From Chryseolinea sp. (lineage in GTDB: Bacteria > Bacteroidota > Bacteroidia > Cytophagales > Cyclobacteriaceae): a DNA stretch of 64,000 nt. Shown piece by piece: positions 36,496 to 45,490 of this stretch. A program made the position numbers and the translations under genes. Location: positions 6,261 through 70,260 of the forward strand of contig JBDTTT010000007.1 in the NCBI GenBank assembly GCA_039930485.1. The letters run 5' to 3'. The notes under the pieces were generated by a model that made no database searches, was not told the DNA's origin, and saw nothing but the letters and a program-made list of their open reading frames with translations. Positions within the stretch are counted from its first letter, which is position 1; each line of letters starts with the position of its first letter.

Positions 36496-37395
36496 CTACT
36501 TTTGATATGAAACCGCAGCTTTGATTTTCACAAAATTCGGAATGTTGAAAAGAACTAAGGCAACAATGATGATAAAGTACCCAACGATTTGAATGGTACT
36601 AATGGTCTCTTTAAAAACCACAAAGGCAATTGAGAAATTAAGCAGTGGATTGATATACATTAAAATCCCAATGGTTGCCGAGTTGATTTTATTGAGCGCG
36701 AAGAGATTGAGGAATAAAGGAAGCACAGTAAATAATATGGCAATGCTTATAATGATGGCATAGAACTCAGAAGTCACAGGAACAGAATGAATAAGCTGGC
36801 CATAGAAGAAATTCAAAATCAGAAAAGAAAAAAGTACTTGAATGCCCAGCATCACCATACGATCGAACCCTTGATTTCTTCTTTGTGTGATGAGATACAA
36901 AGCATAGGTAAACGCAGTTAAGAAACTATAACCCAATTCAAATGCTGAGTTAATACCCATTAAAATACAACTCACTGCACAGAGGGCCACAGCTGCCCAT
37001 TGAAGTTTAGTCAATCGTTCTTTGATCAATACGTATCCTAATACAGCAGTGATAACAGGACAAATTAAATACGAGAAAGAAGCTGTTTTGATATTAACAT
37101 TATTAACGATGTAAATGAAGGTAAGCCAGTTCACGGTGAGTAATGCTCCTCCGGCAAGTGTAAGTCCGATGACTTCTCTTTGTTTTGTTTTGGCTAGTCC
37201 GTTGAAGAACGCCCAATCCTTTTTGATGTCTTTTCGTTTGAAACCAAAAACAATAATCAATAAAACGAGAGCCGAAAACAAAATTCTGAAATAGAGGATT
37301 TCTCCAGCAGAAAATTCCTTTAAAGCTCGCAACGGGATGGAGAAAAATCCCCAGATTACAAAAGCAGAAATAGCAGCCGCGTAATGTTTATTCAT
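36496..37395 (-). CDS. EamA/DMT-family transporter (RarD-like)
   Basis: 299 aa with 10 predicted TM helices in two EamA-like halves. The N-terminal AISAFVIWGFFSIP..L resembles RarD-type proteins. Confidence 0.8.
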   Translation of the reverse strand: MNKHYAAAISAFVIWGFFSIPLRALKEFSAGEILYFRILFSALVLLIIVFGFKRKDIKKDWAFFNGLAKTKQREVIGLTLAGGALLTVNWLTFIYIVNNVNIKTASFSYLICPVITAVLGYVLIKERLTKLQWAAVALCAVSCILMGINSAFELGYSFLTAFTYALYLITQRRNQGFDRMVMLGIQVLFSFLILNFFYGQLIHSVPVTSEFYAIIISIAILFTVLPLFLNLFALNKINSATIGILMYINPLLNFSIAFVVFKETISTIQIVGYFIIIVALVLFNIPNFVKIKAAVSYQK

Positions 37396-37641
37396 CTTGG
37401 TAGTGTAGTTGACAGCCGATTTAGTTTGCTTACTAAATCAAAGCTAAAGTAAGTAAACCGTCATTATGCTATGAAAGTTCGGGGAGAAATTCTCTTCATC
37501 AAGTATTTGCTTAAAGAGGACATCCCAGCATGACCTCGTTTCATTTAAATCGATTGTGTTTCACAATATCCTGATCTGCAAGACGTATTAATCAGGCAAC
37601 GGTAGAGGGGAGGATAGTCGATTACCTACTTCATTATTCAA

Positions 37642-39039
37642 ATGAACCTCATACCTAAACATTCACGCCTTTGGATTCTATTCTTATTTATTCCGATAGT
37701 CGGATGTAGTCAGGTAAGTAAAAAAATCCGGGAATACGATCGGTTGTTTCAATTTTCCCTTTTACCAGGAATAAGCACCAACGGAATTTACAGTGCTTCC
37801 TTTCGAAATCGTTTTTCATTAAATCTTTTTGGAGGCATATCAGCAGGCAATCGCATATTGGAGATCGGTCTTATCTCAAATGTTAACATTAAAAACTCAA
37901 CGGGTATACAAATCGCTGGCATCGCGAATATTGTTGGTACGAATGCTTTTGTTAATCTTTCACAGTCGGAGGAACGAGAGTTGATCATCAAGGAAGGATT
38001 CAAGTCGGACAGCAAAGGAATTCAGGTTGCGGGATTAATAAATTATGTGCGTGACAATGCTACGGGTATTCAATTCGCTGGAGGATTTAATCTTATCGGT
38101 TATGATTTTAAAGGAACACAGTTTGCAGGCATAGGTAATGTTGTGGGTGAGCAAGGACAAGGGTTACAGTTCGCAGGTTTGTTTAACATCGCCCATGAGT
38201 CGATGGGTGGTTTTCAAATCACTACACTTTTAAATTACACACATGGCCAGTTAGCAGGTCTCCAACTTGCACTTATTAATAAAAACGGTTCAATGGATGG
38301 AAGAAAATCAACACCACCGACAAGAGGAAGAAGTCTGCAGCTCGGACTTTTGAATATGAGCAAAGCAATGGATGGTGTGCAAATTGGATTGATCAATTTT
38401 GGTGGTAAACCACGCGGTGTACAGATTGGATTGATTAATTTTTTCAAAAAATATGGATCAAAAGAAAATGTAAAAATGGGCACGCCCATCGGGTTGTTGA
38501 ATATTGGTTCGAGAGGTTCTGTCTTTCGACTTTATTATAATGAGTTGTTTACAACAAATGCGGAATACACTACAGGGAATTGTTTGAACTGCAGTTATGT
38601 AATGGGATCGGAAATGCCGTACAATGACAATTATAAAATCTACAATCAAAATGCATTGATTTTAGGATATGATCATTCTCTTCAAACCTGGGGTTTTGGC
38701 TATGGCTTTGAAAGAATACTGTATAATAAAGTATCGATGGAGCCCATCCCACCAAATGAAAAAAGAATGATCGGTTATGGGATAAAGTTTTTACATCTCA
38801 ACAAGGAAATGAAAATTGACCAAGACTTTAATCTGTTAAGCAAACTTCATGTTGAGTATGGGAAAAGATGGAAAGGTAAACGGTATTTTTTTGTGAGTGC
38901 TTCCGTAAATTATTTTTTGCTTGAAGAAGAGGCGGTCATCAAAGACTATCACATTAAGAGTGCCGTTATCACAACAGGTAAATTTTTTGATTTGAATAGT
39001 TTCATCTGGCCAGGCTATGCGATTGGGCTTCAGATTTAA
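37642..39039 (+). CDS. Secreted repeat protein with about 11 G-x-Q-x-[AG]-[GL]-x-x-N units, plus a C-terminal domain of unknown function
   Basis: It has a lipobox-like IVGCSQ. The repeats include GIQIAGIAN, GIQVAGLIN, GIQFAGGFN, GTQFAGIGN, GLQFAGLFN, GFQITTLLN, GLQLALIN, SLQLGLLN, GVQIGLIN (x2) and PIGLLN, with a period of about 16-18 aa. Confidence 0.6.
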   Translation: MNLIPKHSRLWILFLFIPIVGCSQVSKKIREYDRLFQFSLLPGISTNGIYSASFRNRFSLNLFGGISAGNRILEIGLISNVNIKNSTGIQIAGIANIVGTNAFVNLSQSEERELIIKEGFKSDSKGIQVAGLINYVRDNATGIQFAGGFNLIGYDFKGTQFAGIGNVVGEQGQGLQFAGLFNIAHESMGGFQITTLLNYTHGQLAGLQLALINKNGSMDGRKSTPPTRGRSLQLGLLNMSKAMDGVQIGLINFGGKPRGVQIGLINFFKKYGSKENVKMGTPIGLLNIGSRGSVFRLYYNELFTTNAEYTTGNCLNCSYVMGSEMPYNDNYKIYNQNALILGYDHSLQTWGFGYGFERILYNKVSMEPIPPNEKRMIGYGIKFLHLNKEMKIDQDFNLLSKLHVEYGKRWKGKRYFFVSASVNYFLLEEEAVIKDYHIKSAVITTGKFFDLNSFIWPGYAIGLQI

Positions 39040-39159
39040 AAATATCGCTTCATGTTTTACATTGAGATTTAAGCCTCATCCCATCAACTGGTCTGCGCCT
39101 GTACGAATCGTACAACTTTCTTCGCCCAAACCATTGTTAAGGACGCAAGTTTTGCCCAA

Positions 39160-39298
39160 GAGGAGCAGCCTGTTTGTAGCAATGTCATTAGTCATATTCA
39201 TCTGGCTCCAGAGGAGCCACCTGACTCGGAATAATAGGTGGCTCCTCTGGAGCCAGTTCTTTTAACGTTATTCTGTTTCTACAAACAGGCTGCTCCTC
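39160..39298. repeat. Nested palindromic REP/MITE-like element between convergent genes
   Basis: The outer 20-bp arms are gaggagcagcctgtttgtag (39160-39179) and ctacaaacaggctgctcctc (39279-39298). The inner perfect 21-bp hairpin is ctggctccagaggagccacct (39202-39222) and aggtggctcctctggagccag (39236-39256), with a 13-nt loop. Confidence 0.75.
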
Positions 39299-39418
39299 CA
39301 GAGCAAAGTCTATCAAAGATGTGTGAACGGAGATAAGCTAGAGAGCATTATTTGTAATTAGTATTAGAAATATCACGAGACAATTACCCGACTAAAGAAC
39401 AACCACCAACATCAAGAG

Positions 39419-40087
39419 TTACCCAAGCACATCCTTCAGCACCTGCACCGATCTGATCTCTCCAAGATTATCAACATGATCGGCATAAAACCGAAGCAAG
39501 AGTTCAAGTACTTTTCTGCGAAGTACATTGGTCATTGGAATAGTTGCATCGTAGTCACTGGATACGAGTAGTTCCACAATCATTTCGGTTTCTATATCGG
39601 CTGGTCTTCCTCCCACCACTTCATTTACCTGATGGGCACCAAAGCCTAACAAGCGACTAAGCTTAAGCATAAAAATCAAATGAAAATTTTCTACGCTTGT
39701 TGAAAGATTGTCCAGCGATATCAATGAATCAACCAGGAAGTCACTTAACTCTTGCGCATGACTCTCTTCCTTAACGGTCTTGTTCATGATTTCATTAATG
39801 AACATAGAAACGGCTGACTTCCGTACATCCTGATAAAGCGTTTGATAAGGATGAAAGCACTTTATTTCTTTTATGCGATTGATGTGTGCATGCTCACGAT
39901 AATATACTACCATGTCGAGTAGAGTGAGTGGTTGGTACAATGCAATTTTGCTTTTTGCTGATTTAGAGCGAACGCCATTCACGATATATGCTTGCAGACC
40001 GAAGAGTTCGGTGAAGATGTTTACAATGATGGAAGTCTCACCATATTTTGTAAACCTGAAAACAATGCCGCGTGTTTTGTGTAGCAA
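39419..40087 (-). CDS. recO: DNA repair protein RecO
   Basis: 222 aa; the N-terminal OB-fold region TRGIVFRFTKYGETSIIVNIFTELFGLQAYIVNGVRS is typical of Bacteroidota RecO. Confidence 0.9.
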   Translation of the reverse strand: MLHKTRGIVFRFTKYGETSIIVNIFTELFGLQAYIVNGVRSKSAKSKIALYQPLTLLDMVVYYREHAHINRIKEIKCFHPYQTLYQDVRKSAVSMFINEIMNKTVKEESHAQELSDFLVDSLISLDNLSTSVENFHLIFMLKLSRLLGFGAHQVNEVVGGRPADIETEMIVELLVSSDYDATIPMTNVLRRKVLELLLRFYADHVDNLGEIRSVQVLKDVLG

Positions 40088-40103
40088 GAGTTTGTGATTA
40101 GGA

Positions 40104-40148
40104 TTGCCACGAATGCACGAATAGGATTTATTCGTGCATTCGTGGCAA
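40104..40148. terminator. Perfect 20-bp stem / 5-nt loop hairpin between the propeller gene and recO
   Basis: ttgccacgaatgcacgaata (40104-40123) is the exact reverse complement of tattcgtgcattcgtggcaa (40129-40148). The T-rich tract lies on the plus-strand side only, so its function as a minus-strand terminator is uncertain. Confidence 0.5.
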
Positions 40149-40197
40149 CTTTATTTTCAATATTTTATTTTCTTTGAAGAATCTACGTTTCAACCGA

Positions 40198-42453
40198 TCA
40201 CTCAATCACAGCAATCTTCCCAACTGCACTTTCTCCACCATCTTCTGTTGCACTAAATACAATGTACATTCCTGTAGCAGCATGTCTGCCATTGTAGTCA
40301 CGAACATTCCACGTTGCTGTGCCACCATTGGCTTTTGTTTGCCAGATTAATTTTCCGCTAATGTCGGTGATCTTTACGATAGCATCGTTTGCCAATCCAC
40401 TTATGCCAACTGTGCCTGTAAACTCTGATGTAACAGGATTTGGAAATATTTTTACGGTTTCAAAAGCATCAGTACCAACTGTTGCATCGGATCGATAGGA
40501 GATGACACCTTTATTTGTCGAAAAGAATACTTCACCCGTTTTGTCATCAAGCTCAATTGCCCGGATTACATTAGAGAGTAGCGGACTATTTTCAGCTGTG
40601 AAATTATGAATGAGTGTTTCACCGGTAGCATCGAAAAGCCAAACGCCTCGTTCTGTACCCATCCACTTTCTATTTCCGCCATCAACAGCAAGTGCTGTTA
40701 CCTTATCGTCTTTTAACAGAAATCGGTTTTCGAAAATGGGTTTGATAGCATTAACACCAGGAGTGAATAAATCGAATGGATCGATAAAATAGGCAACACC
40801 GATATCTGTACCAACCCAAACATAGCCATCACGATCCATCGCGATCGAACGAACATTTCTGCTAGGTAATCCACCTGATCCTGCAACTTCAGTAAGGTAG
40901 GCTGATTTATTTTCTTCTTTGTTAAAAACAATAATGCCACCGCCCTGATCTGGATTAGCAATCATCCACACTTGATTGTAAACATCTACCTCTAGCTCAG
41001 TTGGATATTTCGAAGCGCTTGCTGAAAAGGAAAATGATTCCCAAGTATTGTCCGGCTTTAAAAGTTGAAGTGGTTTGTTTGCTCCATAATTGGCAACCCA
41101 TAATCCGTTGGATGAAGATTTAATAGCAGTTATGTTTACAAAATCTCCCGGAGGATTTAAATTGATCAACGGACTATTGCTTTCATCATATCGTTGTACA
41201 ACACCTTGACTGTTTCGCGACTCAATACCATAACCAAATGAAGAAGTGAAAGTGAATTCGTTATTATTAGAGAAATCAATGTCAGTAACATCCAACATGC
41301 TGGATGCTTGAGTTGTCCACAGCCCACGCTCAAGTAAATCGTAATTACCTTTTTTTGCTAACGCTACGAAAGAACTATTGTATCCACCACCGACTCCGTA
41401 TAATATACCTTCGTGAAATTTCATTCCGAATGTTTGTGTATTGGCCGGGCCATTTGGTAAATAGGTTTCAAAACTTCCAGTGCGATCAGAAACTAATCCG
41501 TGTTCTCCATCGCCAATCCAAAGTTTTCCACTTCCATCTTCTGTTGCCATGAAGGGGGAGGAGATCAAATCAGATTGAATTTGTGTAAATGAATTGCCGG
41601 TAGTTAGTTTCCAAAGTGCATCTGTTGTAGCGATGAATAAATTATTTGATGATCCGTTGAGCGATTGAAATGAAATACCTTGAAGAAAAGATTCTTGCGT
41701 CCAATTCGCGCCTGTGAAATGATATAGACCTGATGAATTGACAGCTGCATAAACTTTTGAGTTGCTTGTCACAACTGATTTGATACTTCCGCTAAATGCT
41801 CCAGCATTGAATCGACTCCATTTATTGAAGTCCAACAAATTGTCATTTAAATTTCCTGCCAACACACCCTTTTCAGTAGCAAGAAAAATGCTATCGTTTA
41901 AAAATGTGCTTTGAAAAATTTTAAGTGTTCCACCAGTATCACCTAAATCGCGCCAGGTTTCTTTTACCTCCTGCTTGGTAATATCAAAGACAACTACACC
42001 GTAATCTGTAGACAAGTAAGCGAACGAACTTCGAAACGAAATGTGATTGATTCGTTTTGATCCGGGAATGGTTTCTGAATTTTTTAATCGATCGAAGTTA
42101 GTGATTGTGTTTTCCTGAAGGATATCAAGATTGCCATCGCCATAAGCAATCAATACTTTTTTTGTTATCGGATCAGCACTGATGTAGGTAATGCCGGAGG
42201 AACTTAATCCATCCAACTTCGAATAGCCGGTTAAACTATTATCGTCAGTATTAAAAATCATCACACCATTTTCAGCCGCACCATAAACCTGTGTATTGGT
42301 TAATGCTACGCTATGAATTGATTGAAATGAAATGTGAGCCCGCCAGGTATCAATTGGAATATTTTCCTGGGCTTCAACAGTATCGAATAGAAAAACGGAA
42401 AGCAAAACTCCATAGAATAAATAACTGACACACCGGCTTAACGAACCCATCAT
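40198..42453 (-). CDS. T9SS-sorted double beta-propeller protein (two-component-regulator-propeller repeats; PorZ-like)
   Basis: It has a signal peptide, many Reg_prop-like repeats (..G.LWIGT..G.....), and a C-terminal ~80-aa Por/T9SS sorting domain (KIFPNPVTSEF...ITDISGKLIW...GMYIVF...KIAVIE). I chose the start Met at 42453 over 42492. Confidence 0.6.
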   Translation of the reverse strand: MMGSLSRCVSYLFYGVLLSVFLFDTVEAQENIPIDTWRAHISFQSIHSVALTNTQVYGAAENGVMIFNTDDNSLTGYSKLDGLSSSGITYISADPITKKVLIAYGDGNLDILQENTITNFDRLKNSETIPGSKRINHISFRSSFAYLSTDYGVVVFDITKQEVKETWRDLGDTGGTLKIFQSTFLNDSIFLATEKGVLAGNLNDNLLDFNKWSRFNAGAFSGSIKSVVTSNSKVYAAVNSSGLYHFTGANWTQESFLQGISFQSLNGSSNNLFIATTDALWKLTTGNSFTQIQSDLISSPFMATEDGSGKLWIGDGEHGLVSDRTGSFETYLPNGPANTQTFGMKFHEGILYGVGGGYNSSFVALAKKGNYDLLERGLWTTQASSMLDVTDIDFSNNNEFTFTSSFGYGIESRNSQGVVQRYDESNSPLINLNPPGDFVNITAIKSSSNGLWVANYGANKPLQLLKPDNTWESFSFSASASKYPTELEVDVYNQVWMIANPDQGGGIIVFNKEENKSAYLTEVAGSGGLPSRNVRSIAMDRDGYVWVGTDIGVAYFIDPFDLFTPGVNAIKPIFENRFLLKDDKVTALAVDGGNRKWMGTERGVWLFDATGETLIHNFTAENSPLLSNVIRAIELDDKTGEVFFSTNKGVISYRSDATVGTDAFETVKIFPNPVTSEFTGTVGISGLANDAIVKITDISGKLIWQTKANGGTATWNVRDYNGRHAATGMYIVFSATEDGGESAVGKIAVIE

Positions 42454-42504
42454 TTTATAAATTAACAATCTGCACATTGAATAATCGATCATTGATAATT
42501 AGAA

Positions 42505-43101
42505 TTATTTCCCCCGAATCTTCATTCCATCCAGAAATGCTTTTCGGCTTCGTGCTTCGTATTCATTTTTTTCGCCCAGCATTACTTGTTGCTCATGTTC
42601 ACTTAATCGAAAAGAGAACGAAGCAAGTTCGCCTGTTTGTGCACAAATGGCATGAACTTTTGTAACAAATTCAGCAACAGCCAAAAGATTCGGCATCGGA
42701 CCGAACGGTCTGCCTTCATAGTCCATGTCAAGACCTGCAACAATTACACGCTTCCCCTGATTAGCAAGGGTATTACATATTTCTACAATGGCATCATCAA
42801 AAAACTGTGCTTCATCAATACCCACTACATCACAATCGCCTGCTAATAATAAAATGTCGTTCGCAAATTGAACAGGGGTTGAGCGAATGGATTTTTCATT
42901 GTGAGAAACCACTTGTTCAGTATGATAGCGCTTATCAATAGAGGGCTTGAATATCTCTACTTTTTGTTTGGCTATGAGCGCACGATTAAGTCTGCGGATG
43001 AGCTCCTCGGTTTTGCCTGAGAACATACAACCACTAATCACTTCAATCCAGCCTGCGCGCCCCGATGAAGATTTGCCCCCAAGATTTGGTTCAATAAACA
43101 T
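42505..43101 (-). CDS. tdk: Thymidine kinase
   Basis: It has the P-loop GCMFSGKTEELIRR, VIGIDEAQFF, and a C-terminal zinc-lasso region (VHAICAQTGE...). Confidence 0.95.
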   Translation of the reverse strand: MFIEPNLGGKSSSGRAGWIEVISGCMFSGKTEELIRRLNRALIAKQKVEIFKPSIDKRYHTEQVVSHNEKSIRSTPVQFANDILLLAGDCDVVGIDEAQFFDDAIVEICNTLANQGKRVIVAGLDMDYEGRPFGPMPNLLAVAEFVTKVHAICAQTGELASFSFRLSEHEQQVMLGEKNEYEARSRKAFLDGMKIRGK

Positions 43102-43160
43102 GGTTCAAAATTAAGAGACTTTACACAATAGACATGGATTTTCCGACTTAGAGCCCTGCA

Positions 43161-43484
43161 TTATTCGGAATACTGAAGATGAGGGAGTTTGCAATCATCG
43201 GGCACTGAAATAACAATATCGTCTAATACAATCGCCTGGCAAGCCAGACGTTCATTATCTTGAAGAAGGTCTTGTTCCCGATATTGCTCCTCGGCCTTGG
43301 TTAAGGGTGCAATATGGTCAGCCCCATCAATAATCTTAAACCGGCAAGTTGTACATCGACCTTTCCCCCCACAGGCATGCATCCAATCAAGCTGGTGAAG
43401 ACCGAATTGAATAAGTGCCGGCCTGGAAAAATCCTGAACAACAATTTCACGGGCATTAAGATTTCGAATAGTAATTTTTGCCAT
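43161..43484 (-). CDS. 2Fe-2S ferredoxin (plant-type fold)
   Basis: 107 aa; the cluster motif is CGGKGRCTTCR...C (C-x4-C-x2-C plus a distal Cys in LACQA). Confidence 0.85.
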   Translation of the reverse strand: MAKITIRNLNAREIVVQDFSRPALIQFGLHQLDWMHACGGKGRCTTCRFKIIDGADHIAPLTKAEEQYREQDLLQDNERLACQAIVLDDIVISVPDDCKLPHLQYSE

Positions 43485-43580
43485 GGTATTAGTACCTACC
43501 TTTTATCGCTGACTGTGGACATTGACGAATATGCATTAACTTTAGGCGACAATTACCTCATTCATAATATTGATTACCAC

Positions 43581-44654
43581 ATGGACGAAAAGATAAGTCT
43601 CGAAGCAATTGCCCTCTATGCCGATGCCTATGCCGACAAGGTATTAAAAAAATTTTTCGCTTCGAAAGACAAGATCACCGGTAAAGAAATTTTATCGCTC
43701 TGCAATATTCAGCAAGCCAATCTTTTCATTATTCGCGAGTTGTTTAAGACCTGGAAGGACGACACTAAGAAATTTAAAAGTCCCTACTTTGATTTTGAAC
43801 ACCCCGATGTAAAGGAAGCTCTAGAGAGTTTTATGGGCACGCTCTCCAATAATATTTCCATTGATCAATTGTATTTTGCTCCGCTGCTGAAGAAGGCCGT
43901 TAGTCAAACCCTTTTGGTCATCTTTGATCCGTACGATTTCTTTTCCATGATCGTCACCGGAAAAAATAACAAGCTGGAAGTAGCACCTTTTCGCGAAGAG
44001 ATAAAATATTTGAAAGTGAATAAAGAGCCGCTGGAGCGGATGTTGCAGAAGCTCGAAGAAAAAGGAGTGAAAGAAATTTCAGGCAACGAAGCCTTTGCCA
44101 TTTTAGATCAGATATTGGAAGAGGTGAATTTCAATCCGGAAGATGTAGACGAATACATTGAAAAATTCTCTTCCGTTTCTCCATTGGAACCCAATCGCTT
44201 TTATGTTTCGAAGGATGAAGAGACTGCACCTATCGCGATGCCAGAACTAAAACAACCCGAGGTGAAAGCTCCGGAAGTTAGGATCAAAGAAGTTGCACCT
44301 GCACCTCCGCTTATTACACCTCGGCCAGAACCAATAGCGGCACAACCTGTAAAGCAAGCCGCACCGCTAATCACTGAATCATCGAATCGTGAACCGAAGC
44401 CTACTGTTGTTGCCAACTTTCAAAAAATCGGGAAGATTAAAGACAGTCTGACCATCAATCAGAAATTCATGTTCACCAAAGTGCTCTTCCATGGCGACTT
44501 TGAATTGTTCAGCAAAGCCATTGATCACTTAGACAGACAGGATAACATGAAGGCTGCACTTCGCTACATTGATGACGAACACGCTTCCTCATGGGATCGC
44601 GACAGCGAAGAGTTTCATGAGTTTATGGAGTTGGTGGAGAGAAGATTTGCGTGA
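43581..44654 (+). CDS. Hypothetical protein with a central proline-rich linker
   Basis: The ORF-track start at 43314 overlaps the opposite-strand ferredoxin, so I prefer the first ATG clear of it, at 43581 (alternative GTG at 43515). The P-rich segment is PELKQPEVKAPEVRIKEVAPAPPLITPRPEPIAAQP. I do not recognise a family. Confidence 0.55.
   Translation: MDEKISLEAIALYADAYADKVLKKFFASKDKITGKEILSLCNIQQANLFIIRELFKTWKDDTKKFKSPYFDFEHPDVKEALESFMGTLSNNISIDQLYFAPLLKKAVSQTLLVIFDPYDFFSMIVTGKNNKLEVAPFREEIKYLKVNKEPLERMLQKLEEKGVKEISGNEAFAILDQILEEVNFNPEDVDEYIEKFSSVSPLEPNRFYVSKDEETAPIAMPELKQPEVKAPEVRIKEVAPAPPLITPRPEPIAAQPVKQAAPLITESSNREPKPTVVANFQKIGKIKDSLTINQKFMFTKVLFHGDFELFSKAIDHLDRQDNMKAALRYIDDEHASSWDRDSEEFHEFMELVERRFA
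44601..44654 (+). repeat. Direct repeat R1 (the functional 3' end of the 43581-44654 gene)
   Basis: gacagcgaagagtttcatgagtttatggagttggtggagagaagatttgcgtga. It is 50/54 identical to R2 and encodes DSEEFHEFMELVERRFA-stop. Confidence 0.9.
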
Positions 44655-44716
44655 GACTTAGGATTTATATGCAAGAGTGTATTGCATTCCGACTCGATCA
44701 ATTTAGCAAGTAACGC

Positions 44717-45007
44717 TTATGGATTACTGAATTTTTTCTTTGGATCTTGTCTAACGTCAAAGAAAGCAAGGATAATAATCTTCTCATCCCTTATTCTGTA
44801 GAGCATTCTTGTTTGAGGGGATAATTGAAAACCTCTAATGTCATCCTTTTCAATTTGACCCATTGCAGGATAATTTTTGAGGAGACTAAATGTTTTATCT
44901 GCTTTTTGAATAAACTGCCTGGCCGTCTTTTCTCCCCATTTATGTTTTATATAATCAATAATTGAGTCGAAATTCCGTTCAGCTCGAGCGGTTACAAAAA
45001 CCTGCAT
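44717..45007 (-). CDS. Type II toxin, RelE/ParE family
   Basis: 96 aa. The sequence pattern (..AERNFDSIIDYI...W....A..F......LL...P..G......IRGF.......LYRI....I.I..) is typical of ParE/RelE plasmid-stabilisation toxins. The ATG at 45007 shares one base with the antitoxin stop. Confidence 0.8.
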   Translation of the reverse strand: MQVFVTARAERNFDSIIDYIKHKWGEKTARQFIQKADKTFSLLKNYPAMGQIEKDDIRGFQLSPQTRMLYRIRDEKIIILAFFDVRQDPKKKFSNP

Positions 45008-45237
45008 CAAAATTTCTTCTTTATTTCCTCCCAGTCAATGAGATTTTTGTCATCCTGAGATTCTTCGTATGATAGGTAAACTTCTCTTTTCTGTTCTTCA
45101 GTCAATGTCTTCCATATCTGCCCCTCTTCAGCATTTTCACTTTGTTTAAGGAAATCATAAACAGTACGAAGCAATTGCTCGTTTTCAATTTTATCTAAAA
45201 TTTTATGCAAGTCCGATTTTATCTCCACAGTTCCCAT
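45007..45237 (-). CDS. Putative antitoxin partner of the RelE/ParE toxin
   Basis: This is a 76-aa acidic protein immediately upstream of and overlapping the toxin, the classic antitoxin-first arrangement. I do not recognise its family. Confidence 0.6.
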   Translation of the reverse strand: MGTVEIKSDLHKILDKIENEQLLRTVYDFLKQSENAEEGQIWKTLTEEQKREVYLSYEESQDDKNLIDWEEIKKKF

Positions 45238-45339
45238 GTTGCTTTTGATTTATATCAAATTTAAGAATTTTATTGGCGAAAAATCAATGAGCGTTCAATC
45301 ATCGACAAGGGAGCAGATCAACCTTCACTTTTTCCACGT

Positions 45340-45393
45340 GACAGCGAAGAGTTTCATGAGTTTATGGAGTTGGTGGAAAGAAGGTTTGTGTAA
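45340..45393 (+). pseudogene. Direct repeat R2: displaced or duplicated 3'-terminal fragment of the 43581-44654 gene
   Basis: gacagcgaagagtttcatgagtttatggagttggtggaaagaaggtttgtgtaa encodes DSEEFHEFMELVERRFV-stop in frame. No start codon or upstream gene body is present. Confidence 0.8.
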
Positions 45394-45490
45394 ATTCTAC
45401 CTATCCTTAGTTAAATGTTGTTGGTGATTAAGCGCTTTTGTGCTTGGTGAGTTGACGCTTCACTCTTAAAGGATGTATGTCTACAAACTC

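Noticed and set aside
39017-39265. 82-aa plus-strand ORF after the repeat-protein gene
   Set aside because: It reads through the nested palindromic element (WLLWSQ-type translation of the hairpin arm), which is typical of spurious ORFs generated by intergenic repeats.
43314-43580. 90-codon N-terminal extension of the 43314-44654 ORF
   Set aside because: It overlaps the well-supported minus-strand 2Fe-2S ferredoxin gene (43161-43484) and reads as low-complexity antisense translation. The first ATG clear of the overlap is at 43581.
45236-45427. 63-aa plus-strand ORF downstream of the antitoxin
   Set aside because: It is in a different frame from the R2 gene fragment and overlaps the antitoxin start. 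The region is better explained as a displaced 3' gene fragment plus promoter region.
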